From: Vitrella brassicaformis CCMP3155
Taxonomy: Eukaryota; Protista; Chromerida
NCBI GenBank assembly: GCA_001179505.1
Contig: CDMY01000297.1
Span: 1 to 64,000, forward strand
Direction of reading: 5' to 3'
Length of the DNA stretch: 64,000 nucleotides
The notes below the pieces were generated by a model that did no database searches, was not told where the DNA came from, and worked only from the letters and a program-made list of their open reading frames with translations. Of the stretch, positions 1 through 19,497 are shown in pieces; the stretch's first letter is position 1, and every line of letters starts with the position of its first letter. A program made the translations under genes and the position numbers.

Positions 1-432
1 GGCCAGTCAGTCAAAGTTGTTTCTGTCCATGTATGGCATCATGAAGGGTGGTCAACACAGATCTCACTTCGGTGATGGCTGATAAGATCGTGTCTCCTCA
101 GAATGCTTTCCTTGTCTTTCCTTGTCTTCTCCTCTCTCCACCCGTTACACAGCAATCTACCCTACCTCACAAGCTCGCAGTGGTTCGTCTTGCCAAGCTG
201 GCAATCCTGACAAGCTCTTCATGTCCTTTATAGATTTTGACCGCCACGGGCCGCCCTCGCAGCTCTCTCGAAAGACCACTCCGAATCCACCACTCCCTAG
301 GGAACAGGATAACACACACACACACACGGCATCCAATGCCCGTGGACTCCACCGTGTATGTGAGTGGTGCTGACCGAGCTCCTTGTCGCCCACAGTGAGG
401 TCCTTCGGGTCGATCACCAAATCAGCAGCCAT
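1..432 (-). pseudogene. TKL/Ser-Thr protein kinase N-lobe fragment, frameshifted; runs off the window start
   Basis: MAADLVIDPKDLTVGDKEL, then an intron, then GSGGFGVVFR (Gly-rich loop). The following ELRGRPVAVKIYK (VAVK lysine) lies in a different frame because of a 1-nt loss in a GAGAGA run at ~264-270. Confidence 0.7.
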
Positions 433-1012
433 AATGATTGAAGAGGGCTCGGAGGCCGACAAGGGCCGGGGAACCTCTGGAGGCCCAGCAAGTTCCCTGG
501 ACCCCAAGCTCGCACGTAAACAGGACGAATCGGGAGGGATGAGTTGTGCCGTTGCAGCTTCCTTCCCCGTCTACCTCGCGGCCTGCGCCGAACGCCATAC
601 GATGCTTCGCTGCCAGATGATGAGACGGACGGCGACCTCGAGCTCACCTCTCACAAGTGGTGGGTGCCGTGTGCAGGCTGCTTGGTGGCTCTCCATCTGT
701 ATGAGAAGTTGGCCACCTTGACAGAGTGCCCACGAGGTCAGCCAGCAGACACACTCACACAGATGCATGTACTGTAGATCTATTCTCTTGTCGGCTTCTG
801 TGCATCTGTCTGTCTGTCTGTCTGTGTCTGCCTGTGTGTGTGCTGCAGAGCTGCTATATGTGCATTTCGTTAAGTCGGGCGAATAATTCGCTTACTTCTC
901 ATTCAACGTCATTCTCGTCATATGGCTAAGGTGTGTGCGGGAGTGGGCAAACAGGCACTTTCCCTCCTCTCTGTGCGTCATCTCTCTGTCTGTGTGCCGG
1001 ATGGATGGTATG

Positions 1013-1209
1013 CAGCGAGGAGTATGGCCTTGACGACAAGCAGGCGGGTTGGCTGTACGGTTGCTACGGCATGCTCACCTCACTCATGGGCATTCTGGTC
1101 GGCGTGGCCGTCGACAACATGGGCGTCCGCATCCCGCCCCCGCCCCCGCCACCATTCGGCGTGGGCCATTTGGGCAGCCGAGACGCACCTGCTGGCGAGC
1201 AACATCCTG
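1013..1209 (+). pseudogene. MFS-like membrane transporter exon fragment
   Basis: EEYGLDDKQAGWLYGCYGMLTSLMGILVGVAVDNMGVR resembles MFS TM2/loop 2-3 (G-x3-D-x2-G-x-R-like motif). I could not build a complete gene around it. Confidence 0.4.
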
Positions 1210-1486
1210 TTTGATATCCTCCTGTGTATGTGGGATGAGACGTGTGTATGGCTTTCTGTCGTGTGCGTGTGCGTGGCTATGATGTGTGATGTGTGGGTGG
1301 GTGGGAGAACCGATTTACCGACGAAGCACGGGACTTGGTGAAACGAATTGCAGTCGATGAATACATGAGAGGCGCATCCGCATACACACGCCCAACGGGA
1401 CCTTAGAATTGAGGAAAACCTGCTGTGCCGGCATGTCTTACAGCCCTCAGCGTAACACCCACAGCCTTGTGGACGTCCTCTGCCTA

Positions 1487-2650
1487 TCAAGCCATGCTCT
1501 TCAACTCTTTCACAAGTTCATCGTGGCGCTTCCACTCCGCCAAATCTATCAGTGTCTTCCCCTTCAGACACACACACAAACACACACATACACAGCGAGA
1601 GAGAAAGAGAGAGAGAGAGAGAGAGGGCGTCATGTCTTCGGCCCACTTACGTAGTTGTTGGTTCTTTTGAGCAGACCCCGGCTGCCTTCCTTGTTGACCA
1701 TGCACATGACCGCCTCCCTGTGCCCTTTCAGACAGGCCAGGTGCATCGCCGAATTGGCATCCTGCATGCACGCAGTAGACCAATGGCATCAAGATCACGT
1801 GTTCACATCGAGCCTGTGATGCCATTCCTCACATTGCTGGTCTTCTGGAGAAGCTTCACGCCTCTCGCGGCCAGCATGTACTCTATGGCCTCAACGCGAT
1901 TGCCGCTGGCAGCCATGTGGAGAGGCGTCAGACCATGTTTGTTGCCGCGTTCGAGCGGCGAAGGGTTGCCGCTCCACTCGACTAGCTGCTGCAACACATT
2001 CACGTGGCCGCCAAATGCGGCGTCGTGGAAAATCGTCCGGCCCTAAGAGAGACACAGATGAGATTTATGCGGGGCGGGAGACATGGCCTGTTGAGCGAGT
2101 GTACGTTGGATTCGATCGAGAGAATAAAATTGATGTCCTTTCGGTTGGCGATGGAATTGAGCACCTCCAGCTGTCCCTCCTCCGCGGCCACACTGGCGAT
2201 CGTGCGACCAAACTGCATGCAAGAGACACAGCGAGCCAATTGCATTGTCGACAGTTCTTTCCCTTTGTCTGTGCTCCTCGATTGAACTGACCTTGTCCTG
2301 GATGGTCAAAAGACGATCTGAATAACCCAGATCAAGCAGCAGATTGACCACCGACACATGCCCCTTCTTGGCGGCGAGATGTAGGGGAGTGGGCTCTGAC
2401 TGGATCTTTGTCCGTTTCTCAACCAGATCTATCCCTCCGTGCTCGACAATCTCCTTGACCAGCTCCTCCCGGCCGTTTTGGGCGCTGTAATGCAGCGGCG
2501 TGAAACCGTCATCGTCAACCATTTCGAGACACTCGCGGCCCTCTTTGTCGATGATGCTGATCAACGCACTTAGGTCGCCCTCGGCACAAACGAGAGACAG
2601 AACGTATGGAGCACCGAACGTGTGTGTGCAGTTTGTTGACTTCTTCTAAT
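1487..2650 (-). CDS. Ankyrin-repeat protein (about 6 repeats, multi-exon; 5' end uncertain)
   Basis: Repeats GFTPLHYSAQNG, PTPLHLAAKKGH, GRTIASVAAEEG, GRTIFHDAAFGGH, GLTPLHMAASG and NSAMHLACLKGH. The last exon GKTLIDLAEWKRHDELVKELKSMA* follows phase-0 GT-AG introns. Confidence 0.8.
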
Positions 2651-3202
2651 TTCCCACAGACTTTGTTGAGATGGGCAGTTTGGAAATGGAAACCTGTGGG
2701 CGTCTCCATCCCAGTGCCCATCTCCCAATTTCTTCCATTCTCGTCGGTCGATGGAGATGCTGCCATCGGGACACCCGCAGATGGCCCCGCAGAGCCATAT
2801 CTGGGTGCTGCTGCTTGCGGGCAGGCCAACGGGACAGCAACTTAAAGCATCGGCTCTCTGCGTGGCACGACAACGATTCGAGCCTGCAGCAGAGAGAAAA
2901 GAGAGCTATCTGAGCGCAGGCCTTATGGCTTGATGCTTATACGGCGAGGAAACGGACATGCGGATGTTCCTTGAGTATTTCTCTTTTTATTCTGTCTGCG
3001 GACGGATCATCGGCCGACACCTCCACGAAAATTGTTCCCGAATATTCTCCTTGCTCGACTGCACGACAGGACAGATTATCCGGTTTGGTAACGTAATGTG
3101 TTGTGTCTCTCCTCTATGTGTGGCGCTTCACGCACCGACCTGCTTGCTCTGCGGGAGGACTCGCTATTGTGCCTTTGTTATCCAACGCCTGTCCATCTTC
3201 GC

Positions 3203-4760
3203 TTATCTCTGCCTCAATCTCTGCCACCTGCTTACAAACGCACACACACAGTGTGGGCGGGCTTCCAAATTCGCTGGGTATATACCTGTGTGGCGCCCTT
3301 CGGGGAGCTGGGGTGACCTATCACACGGTGGGGCGGGGTGCTGCACATACATCCACGCAGAAAGGACAAGACCCCATGCTGTATTCGCGGCTGCATCAGT
3401 CAGTGACTCGCTCATCCCGGTATGGCGCCTGGGGTACTGTACTGGATATCGGTGCCTGCGTATATGAGACATTGCTCACCATACAACATCAAGAAGCTCT
3501 TCCTTCAGTACCTGCAGTCGCGATCGGCTCACTGAGCTGCCACAGGTGAGGCGTCCGGTCACAATATCCAATCTTCTTCATGACGACGGTGTCGTTCGAC
3601 AAACACACTAGATACTCTGATAGGCCGACGCACGACAGAGTCACTGGTCCGCCATACTCTGCGCTGCCCCGCCGTCCCACAAACACGTCACTTGTCGCGA
3701 CGGGGGGCTCGCAGCATCCGGAGCATCCAAAGATGAATCGAAACAGACAACTATGGCTCTCATAGGAGGGCGTCATTTCCCACTGCTCGTAGGAGGCCTC
3801 CTCTTCTGCGTTCGGCTTGCCTATTTCGGTAGTGGGCCGGCTCAAGACGAGGTTCATCTTGTGCACCCGAAGCGTCAGGTGCGGAAACGCCACTGGCACG
3901 AGGCGAAAGGTCTGTATGGGACAGAGGATGTCCTCGTGCTCGATCCATTGCTGCGACGGGTCAGGTAGCTCCCCATCCTTGGTGGCAATCTTCCGTTGCA
4001 AGACGACTGAAGCCTCCTGGCCAACGCCGCGCAGGGCCGTAAGCACAAGGCCAGTTCGGATGTTTTGCAGCCGGAACGGTTTGGCCTTTGTGTTTATCTG
4101 CTGATAGAGATACGTATTGTAGGGGACGAAAGGGGGGTTGGCTTTGACGAGGACAATGCCGTTACGCAGCTCCGAATGGCTGGGGTCGATGGGGCGATTC
4201 AAGGCCTTGTTTTTGCCGCCTTCGATGTAGATTGAGATGAAACACGGGGTGTACGAGTGGAGAGTTGTCTCAGAGCCAACATCGAGCAACTGCCAGCCCA
4301 CCGCTTGGCGGAGCGAGCCGAACTCGACCTCCACATCTACCGCACTCTTTTTTCCACGGCTGAAGAAGAAAAACGATGCACGCTGGGTCCCTTGCGCATG
4401 CCCTTCTTTGTGCATACCCGCTCTCTCTCCCACGTTCCAGCTTTCCGCCGATTCCGATATCACCAAATTGCAAAGATATTTCGGCTTCTGGGTTGTCTCT
4501 GTCGTAGTTCGTCTCGGCTTTGATGATCTGCTCATGGACCCTCTCGATACCGGCCTCCGGCACCAGTCGCACCTGATGTGAACACACATCGACTCATGTC
4601 CGTCCCACATCACGAAACCGAGCCCCCTTACCGATGCATCGCTGCCAGTCTTGTTCAGGACCTTGAGGGATGTCTGCTGGCCAAGGCCAGCCATTCTTCG
4701 TGTGCGGGCAGAACACCAGGGCGATCCTTCGCGATCCTTCCGGGGCCCGAGGCCCCAAGA
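3203..4760 (-). pseudogene. Ricin-B-type beta-trefoil protein with a beta-rich N-terminus and a weak SH3-like tail; frameshifted
   Basis: A ~1-kb exon carries FRLQNIRTGLVLT...SQQW, FRLVPVAFPHLTL...YEQW and ...PHLWQL (QxW-type subdomains). The N-terminal frame VRLVPEAGIERVHEQIIKAE...GIGGKLERGRE switches frame at a GA run (~4420-4430). A 3' segment reads WMYVQ...TGIYPANL. Confidence 0.5.
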
Positions 4761-5015
4761 ACCGGGCTCCCCGGGAACTCTTCAGACAAATACTACAAGT
4801 CCTCTAAAGCACCTGTCAGTCTCGTTGACGAGAGACTCATTGAAAACACTGGATACATACACACAGCACCTAACCTGGCCAGCCTCCTTCGGCCAACATG
4901 CAATCATGATGCCATGTGCATCTCGATGGATGGATGGATGCGTGGCGCATCTTGATAGATCAAACACGGACATGTACATGGACCAGCCGGCACACATGCA
5001 GCTAGCACCCAGCTG

Positions 5016-12470
<7,455 letters not shown>

Positions 12471-12911
12471 CGCTCAATGGATCTCTCACTTCAGATGTAC
12501 CAGGGCTCGCAGAACAGCACTATTGGGCAGGTCCTTCACGCATTTGCCCCAAAGGACGGAGATCAGTCGGGGAGGGGAGAGCTCGCATTTGCGAGCTAAG
12601 CCGTAACTGACTCTGTTCGGATCCTCTTTGCTGCCGACGCGTTTTGTGTGCTGTAGCAACTGATCCTCAGTGACAAGATGCCTCAGCTGCGATATCCGCT
12701 CTTCAGGCACCCGGTACGGACAACGGCCTGAGACAGGCAGACAGCGCTACGAGACAGGCAGCCAGCCAGGCAGGCAGGCAGCACAACACAACACACACGC
12801 TAGGATACCTGAGAGCGGCTGCCGCACTGATCTGCCACCCCTCTGTCTCTCTCTCGGTGTTCGTTTGGGCAGCCGTCGCACACTCTGGCGAATCTGTCTG
12901 AGCCGTCGTCG

Positions 12912-13449
12912 ATGGTGGGTGCCGACGACCCCAGCAAGACCAAGGTCTTCAACCCAGGCGACAAGATACTCGTCTGTGGACTACACCCCTCATCGGACTT
13001 CATCTGTGAGCACACAACCGCAGGAAGAATGGCACGTTTAATGCTCGTCTGTGTTGTTGACACGTGTGTGTGTGTGTGGCTGCAGGCGAGGACCGTGAGG
13101 GCAATCGTTGGGTGCTGCCTCACCGCTGGCTGCGCGGCCCCGGTCAGGGCGGTGACGGCATCTGTGCCGAGATCATGGGTGCCGACTGCTGCATGTGGGA
13201 TGCCTATGAGATCCCCGACGACGAGACGGACCTGTCCAAGTACCCCGGGGTGCTGCCGCCCAGCAACGAGGCCATGAAGGACATCGTCTTCGAACCGCTG
13301 CCCGACAAGTTCCGGTGGGTGAGGGGGGATTGTGTGGGTGTTCCTGTCGGGTACACTGCGTGTGTTTCATGTTTGTGTGTGCGGTGTGCAGAGGTCGCGA
13401 GCCGACGGAAGAGGAGACTGCGCCGCTCCCCGAGCAAAAGGCTCAGTGA
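12912..13449 (+). CDS. Small hypothetical protein (3 exons, ~125 aa), divergent from AROM
   Basis: Consistent splice phases give MVGADDPSKTKVFNPGDKILVCGLHPSSDFIC-EDREGNRWVLPHRWLRGPG...PDKFR-GREPTEEETAPLPEQKAQ*. GT donors at ~13007 and ~13316, AG acceptors at ~13086 and ~13391. Confidence 0.6.
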
Positions 13450-14136
13450 CGCATTCTCCAGAGAGGCGGTGGTGTGAATGTAATGCGATGAGGGCCAGCG
13501 TATGTGAGTGTGCACCCACAGCCAGGCCACTTCTGTCTATCTTCCTTTATCCATTGTGTCATGTAAGTCGTGCGGTGCCGAGCTAGTCTTTTTTTGACCC
13601 CACGTGTGTGTGGTACGCCTGTGTGGGGAATGATGCTCTGCGTGTCGATCAAAGTTAAGCTCGGTATGAGGTCAGCCACGTCCTCCTTGCATCTGATGAT
13701 GAGTACCTGATTGGTTTGGCCTCCTTGTCCGGGCTTGTGTGGTGCTTCTTGTGTGTCCCTGTCTCTCGTGACGCACAAGCGCCATCACGATGGGGCAGGG
13801 GAGGGCGAGAGACGTCACACAAGCGCAGCACGGTTGGGCAGCTATGCTCATGGCACTCACTCCTGTCTAGACGTATTCTTCTGAAGAATGCAGTGCTTGG
13901 CCGAATGAGGTCTGTCCATCACCCAATGCTATAGATCCCTAGGTATAGAGCTGGTTGTGCATGGAACGACAAATGATTGACTGGCGAGCACCGCCCGACA
14001 TGTGTTCATTCAGCTAACAATACACACATCGTCCGCCCGTCCCCCTTGCCGTGCAGATCTCAGCCGCTCAGTCCGCAACACAGAACATACACAAGGCTTT
14101 ATAAAACGAGTTCAGTCAGTAAGTTATCCCTGAGCT

Positions 14137-14703
14137 TCACTCCCACTTCCGTTTGTCCCCCTGCCCCATGATCCCCCTCCTGCTCTCCACGGTGGCGTCA
14201 TGACGCACCAAGAGCGGCTCGCGCTCTCCGTCTGCGGTGTTGGGTCTGGCCGATCTGACGCTGAGGCCGCATGGTCCCGCCGGGGTGTTCGAATCTGTTG
14301 GCGCAGCAGGGATGGAAGATGCCGACTCGGATGCTGTCCTGGATGCCTCTGCTCCCGGAGAGGGCTTGGATGGCGCACCGGATGACTGCGGTGATCGTGT
14401 CGAGAACGCTGACCGCTCTCCTCCGTCCAGCAGCACTTGCCACCCACTCACCCAAGTATCGCCAGGGCGGAAGCCGTCAGGGAAGCCGTACCGCTCGTAC
14501 TCCTTCCGCTTGACGAAACGCGCCCAGGCGGCGAAAGCACCATGGTCGGTGATCCTGCCCTCTTCGTCCATGAACCTCTTGAAGACTGAAGCATACTCTT
14601 TGTGGAGGTACTGGCAGTGGGGGATGTCCTCAGCGGGAATGTCAGAGGATATCAAGGCGTGATATATCAGCTGTCTATCCTCGCTAGTGGCGTTGTTGCC
14701 CAT
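14137..14703 (-). CDS. Hypothetical protein with a possible N-myristoylation motif (MGNNATS)
   Basis: 188-aa ORF with a protein-like N-terminal half (HCQYLHKEYASVFKRFMDEEG...WARFVKRKEYERYGFPDGF) and a Ser/Pro-rich tail. A short intron near 14455-14411 is possible. Confidence 0.5.
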   Translation of the reverse strand: MGNNATSEDRQLIYHALISSDIPAEDIPHCQYLHKEYASVFKRFMDEEGRITDHGAFAAWARFVKRKEYERYGFPDGFRPGDTWVSGWQVLLDGGERSAFSTRSPQSSGAPSKPSPGAEASRTASESASSIPAAPTDSNTPAGPCGLSVRSARPNTADGEREPLLVRHDATVESRRGIMGQGDKRKWE

Positions 14704-14719
14704 CTCTGATATCTCCTGA

Positions 14720-14798
14720 TAGGGTTTAAAACCCTAATCGTGGGGTGTAGGGTTTTCCACAGCAGAGAGGAGTTGAGAGGCAGGGACTAGGGTTTAGG
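14720..14798. promoter_or_regulatory. Cluster of telomere-like (telo-box) motifs in a divergent intergenic region
   Basis: TAGGGTTT-A-AAACCCTA inverted pair at 14720-14736, TAGGGTTT at 14748-14755 and TAGGGTTTAGG at 14788-14798. Confidence 0.5.
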
Positions 14799-14901
14799 CA
14801 AAGAATTCTCGGCGGTGTTTGTCTGCCAGGCGTGGTTGGTGACGAGTACGTCTATCGCTCGGGGTGTGGTGCTCGGGTATGGGCACAAATACCCCTCCGG
14901 C

Positions 14902-16011
14902 ATGTCACGCGACACCAGGAAGCATCACCAGCACGAGCAGTCCTCCTCATCGGCAGCGGCAGCAGCAGCGGCAGCTGACCCACGTGCAAGACGCCGCCGG
15001 TCCACCAAACCGCCCGAGAAACCAATCGTAAGTCATGCCAGATGAGTCCAACACCATCTGACGTGCACATACATATACCTGTCCTGTGTGTGTTGTGTTT
15101 GCCAGGACGATTGGTATCGACACGCACAGAAGAGGGGCCAAGGCAACACCCTCGCCTGCAACGACGGACCGTCGATGGCGCTCAGCGTCTTTGCGACCAA
15201 CGTGCAGCCTGTGACGGAGCACTTGCTCATCAAGGCGCCACGGGAGAAGCACCTGACGGCGATGCCAGAGGTAAACACATGTGGACACATGAGTGCGTGC
15301 ACATGCATCGTGCGTGGTGGATGTGTGTGTGCAGGAGCAGTGACAGGGCGGCGATACGCCTTGGTGGAAAACGACGCAGTGCGGGGCCAGCACAAACGTC
15401 CAGCAGAGCTGTGACGCCTTCTGCAAGAGGACCAACCGCAAGTCGATGGACGGCATCAACAACACCACCATGGGGCGCATGCACGGAGGCATCATTGCAG
15501 TGGTGAGCAGACAACACGCGAACAACACAGATCCGTCATGTGTGTGATGAGTTTCTTTGGTTCGTGCTGCTTGGAAGGTAAGTATGGGGAGCCCTTCGGT
15601 GATCTGGTGCTATGGCGAGAGGAATGCGATCGAGAATGGGGTCGGTGTGTTCTGTCTCAAAGCGTCGCAGGTCAAGGTGCACAGTCCGCTGACGCAGAGG
15701 GTCCTCGCCGTGTCTGGATCAAGGCATGCCACGCGACCCAAGCGTGTGTGAGTGAGCGCCAACAGTGGCGAACCTGTCTGTGTGTCCCAGGAGTCGCCCG
15801 ACATTCCTCTGCACAAAGACGCCGACGGCATGGACCTCCTCACGGTGAGCGGGCGGGAGGGACAGCTGCCGACACGACGCCTGAAAGCACCTCTCTCTCT
15901 CTGTGTGTGTGTGTGTGTGGTGAGCTGGTGCAGCGGATGTTGGCGTGGCAGCCCGACGAGCGCATTTGGCCCACCGATGCGCTCAGCCACCCATTCCTCG
16001 CTGCTCTCTGA
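14902..16011 (+). pseudogene. Decayed multi-exon gene ending in a kinase C-lobe-like segment
   Basis: Terminal exons ...DADGMDLLT and LVQRMLAWQPDERIWPTDALSHPFLAAL* match a CMGC kinase alpha-H/alpha-I pattern. Upstream exons do not splice into one frame and no catalytic motifs are visible. Confidence 0.35.
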
Positions 16012-18260
16012 CTGCCTGTTGATCGTGTCTGGATCGTCTGTCTGTCTGTCTGTCTTGGCTGATGGATGAGCTCAAGTGCTTTTTTCAGTGAGTGACGTGT
16101 GTGCGGTTGGTGTCCGTCTGTCTGCCTGCATTCATTTACGGTGTTAGCTGTCGTGTGTGTGCTGTGTGTGCTGCCAACACGTTCGCCTCGCTGGCTGACC
16201 GATTGATTTGTCGATGGCCTTTCTCTCTCTTTCTGTCTGTCCTGTGTCTGTCACTCACGAGTGTAGTGAGTGGAGTACCCGGCCGACTGTCCGCCTTTCT
16301 CGTGTCTGTAGTGAGTGCCTTTTCTTTGATTGATGGCCGTTTAGTGAAGAGATAGAGGCCATCCGACAGACAGACTGATAGGGGTGGAGGAGACTATGCG
16401 GATGGCTGCGTCTCTTGTGCGTGGGTGGATGTGAGAGAGCGGGAGAGAGATATGGCCACTGCTATGGCGTCTGGCCTGCCTGCCAATGGTGTGTGTGATG
16501 GTGTTTTTTCCAACATCAGTCGTCGTTTGTCGGTCGGTCTTTTTTGTCACCGCAGCGCATTCCCTCGCCAGTCAGTCAGTCAGTCCACCACTGCTCTGAC
16601 CTCGCCGCTCCTCGGGACTAGCGGGGGATCGATGGGCAGCGGTGGACAGGCCGGGCAATGCAATCAGCGCATTGCGTGTTGTGTTTGTGTTGATTCCCCC
16701 ATACCCCTCGTACTACAGTCAGTCAGCCCATCACTGTTGTTTGCCTTCCTTATGAATTTTTCCCCTGGCCGCTTCTCTGAAGAGCTGGGGAGAGGGGCAG
16801 TGATGGACACAAATTGGTCGGATGGATGGAGGGTTGGGTGCTGCGTGTGGGTGGTGTCATGGGGTTCATTTCTGTCGTCGTCGGCCTATCGGTCCATTCT
16901 CCATCTTTTGTTTCTCATCGGGTGGAGAACTCAGTGTGTCGGTTTTCCTTTGCCATTTTGCCGACTGTGTTGGTACCTCCCCACACCGCCTTACCACAGT
17001 CAGCCCATTACTGCTTTGTTCCTTCTCTGGCCGCGCCCTTGGCGAGCTGAGGAGAGGGGCAGTAATGGAGACAAATGCACGGGGTAGGTCGATGGGTCGG
17101 ATGGAGGGATGGGGTGGGGTGCCGCGTATGGTGTCGTGAGGGTCTTTTTGTCGTCGTCGATTGATCGTTTCCTTTCTCCGTCTTCTTCGTCCATTGTCGC
17201 GGGGGGGGGGGCAGGGGAACTCGATGTGCGACTGTGTGGGTGGGGGGCACTTGACGGATGATTGGCGTATAAGTCTTGACTCGTCTTTCTTTTGTTTGGC
17301 CATCATGCCTTTCATCGCCTCGTGTGGCAGACACAGACAGACGACCACCCAGTCAGTCTGGTCGTCTACTCTGAATGAATGGATGGATGGATGGATAAGA
17401 TTTATGACCCCTCCCCATCACATACACACCTTGGACCTCTTCCCTCCCCTCCCCGACTGGCTGGCTGCTGTGCTTCTGCTTGTACGTCGCCGTGTGTGTC
17501 GTTTCTTTGGTGCCAGCTGGGATGTACAATTGTTGAGGCGCCATTGACGGCCCACATACATATGGATGGACACCGATGGATGGCTGGATGGATGGATGCG
17601 CTCACACACACACGGGGTGAGTGACATCTCTCTGTCTTACATACATAGTGGCTGGCTACTTTTGGTTGGCTGCCGTCTATGTGCTGGCTGATGTCGTGTT
17701 CATACGTGGATCGGGCAGGCAGTGTGAGACCGAGCCTGAGAGAAACGAAACCTTTGAAACAATGAATGCGGGAAGCGAAGAACGAAAATCGAAAGGGTAC
17801 AGGGCGCTTTGGATGGGGGAAATCGCACCCTTTGTGAGCAGCTGACCAGTTAGTATGTGTGTTTGGTCGGTCTCAGTGATATCTTTTCTTGGTTGAGACA
17901 TGGAATATACAGCACTTGAATTGCCTACGTGTCTCCTTGCTTGTCTGTGTCAGTCATTAGTTTGTGTCTTGTTGCTCGCCAGCGTGATAACAACGACGCG
18001 GACGAACGAGGCGGACGAATCGACCGCTCAGTTTGTAGCGTGTGAGAGCAGGGCAGCATCGATGTAGAGAGAAACTGAGGGCTGCATGCTCACGTGTTGA
18101 TGCACATTTCCATCAAGTCTTGATGTCTCATGGAACACACCACACCTCCCCGGCCCGCGCAATGGTCCAGATGAAGACACAGGAAAGAAATCGGGGGCTG
18201 TCATTCGTATGTATTTGACACGTCATTTGCGACGACACATGCATGATGAATCATGATCAA

Positions 18261-19400
18261 TCATCTGAAATGATCTTTGATTCTAAACATCATCATGCAG
18301 CAAGGCCCACAATTAGGCTTGTACGGTTTCATGATCTCTATCATCTCCGGCTTGCGGTACTTAACCGCCAATTCCCAGGGCGTGTAGTATTTATAGGCAG
18401 AGCAAATCCCCTGATCTCCGTTGTCATGAGATGAGATGAGCACATCACTCACTGAACCCATCGAAATGATGTGACCATTTATGTGTACTCACCGCTCTTT
18501 TCTTGATGTCCAGGAGAGCACCACCACCACCCCACTCGAGCCTTCGAGAATGACACATACACAGTGAGAGGAGAAGTTGGTTACAGTCATATGTGTCGCT
18601 CACAGCTGAGACACAGCTGCAGGCTGGTCATTGAGCACAGCACAATGGAGTGCCGTGAAGGCGCCGTGCTGTGTGTGTTATGCACACATGAAAAGGCAAT
18701 CAATCAGATGAGAGGCATTCTGTGTGCATTTTCGGGCAGTGTCTCCGACGTCGAAGGTCTGTGTGAGAAGCTGTTTCCCTCCTTTGGCATACATGGCCTC
18801 CATCACATCGACTTTTCCTGCCGCGGCAGCATACATGAATGGCGTGAGACTACCCTCGCAACCCACACACACACACACAATCGACCCTCACTGAGGCGTC
18901 AGAGACATGACAGAGACATGTGTGTGGTCTGTTACATCGTCGGGTGAATAGAGCAGTTTGGGATCCCACTCCAGCAGCTGATTGACCGCCGCAACATGGC
19001 CATACTCGGCAGCCAAGTACATTGCATTATCACCACCCTGTTACATTCCATCACAGCCAACGCACATCTCCTCATCACAAGTAGCAGCACACAAGATGGT
19101 TTGGCTGTGTTGGTACCCCCGTTGTTTGCTGCAGTACGTCAGGTTTGCTCTCGTACATGACCGACATGACGCCCACGTGACCCTCCTCCACAGCTCGAAG
19201 GAAGGGGGTGAACTGCGCGCAGAAATGAGAACACACAACAGACCACTGAATGCATTCCTGCGTCATCTTCACGACTGCATACCTTCAACTTGCTCTCGTC
19301 TCGTTTGTCGAGAATGTGATTGCCGTCCTTGCTGATGAGCAAACGAAGGGTCTGGGACTGCTCATCGCCGGCCAGGACGGCATCAAAGACGTCAGTCTGA
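18261..19400 (-). CDS. Ankyrin-repeat protein (local family, copy A)
   Basis: Exons FTPFLRAVEEGHVGV, GDNAMYLAAEYGHVAAVNQLLEWDPKL, SLTPFMYAAAAGKVDV, FTALHCAVLNDQPAAV, LEWGGGALLDIK and YTPWELAVKYRKPEMIEIM. Confidence 0.7.
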
Positions 19401-19497
19401 CACACGACAATGATATCGATAGTTCATTGGCGTATTGCCTTCTCACGTGCTCGATGCTCATGGGTGAACTCTGGGCACCGTCGTCACTGACGTCTGA

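Noticed and set aside
1409-1670. Plus-strand ORFs suggesting a continuation of the MFS fragment (LFHKFIVALPL...)
   Set aside because: This stretch is the antisense of the last ankyrin exon (GKTLIDLAEWKRHDELVKELKSMA*) plus a microsatellite intron.
2655-2800. Cys/Trp/His pattern (CGAICGC...W...HWDGDAH..FPNCP) reminiscent of a BIR domain upstream of the ankyrin gene
   Set aside because: Spacing does not fit BIR well and I could not splice it in frame to the ankyrin exons.
16790-17160. Degenerate ~100-bp direct repeat (GAGAGGGGCAGT.ATGGA.ACAAAT...GTCGTCGTCG)
   Set aside because: Low-complexity, poorly conserved and non-coding, with no element hallmarks.
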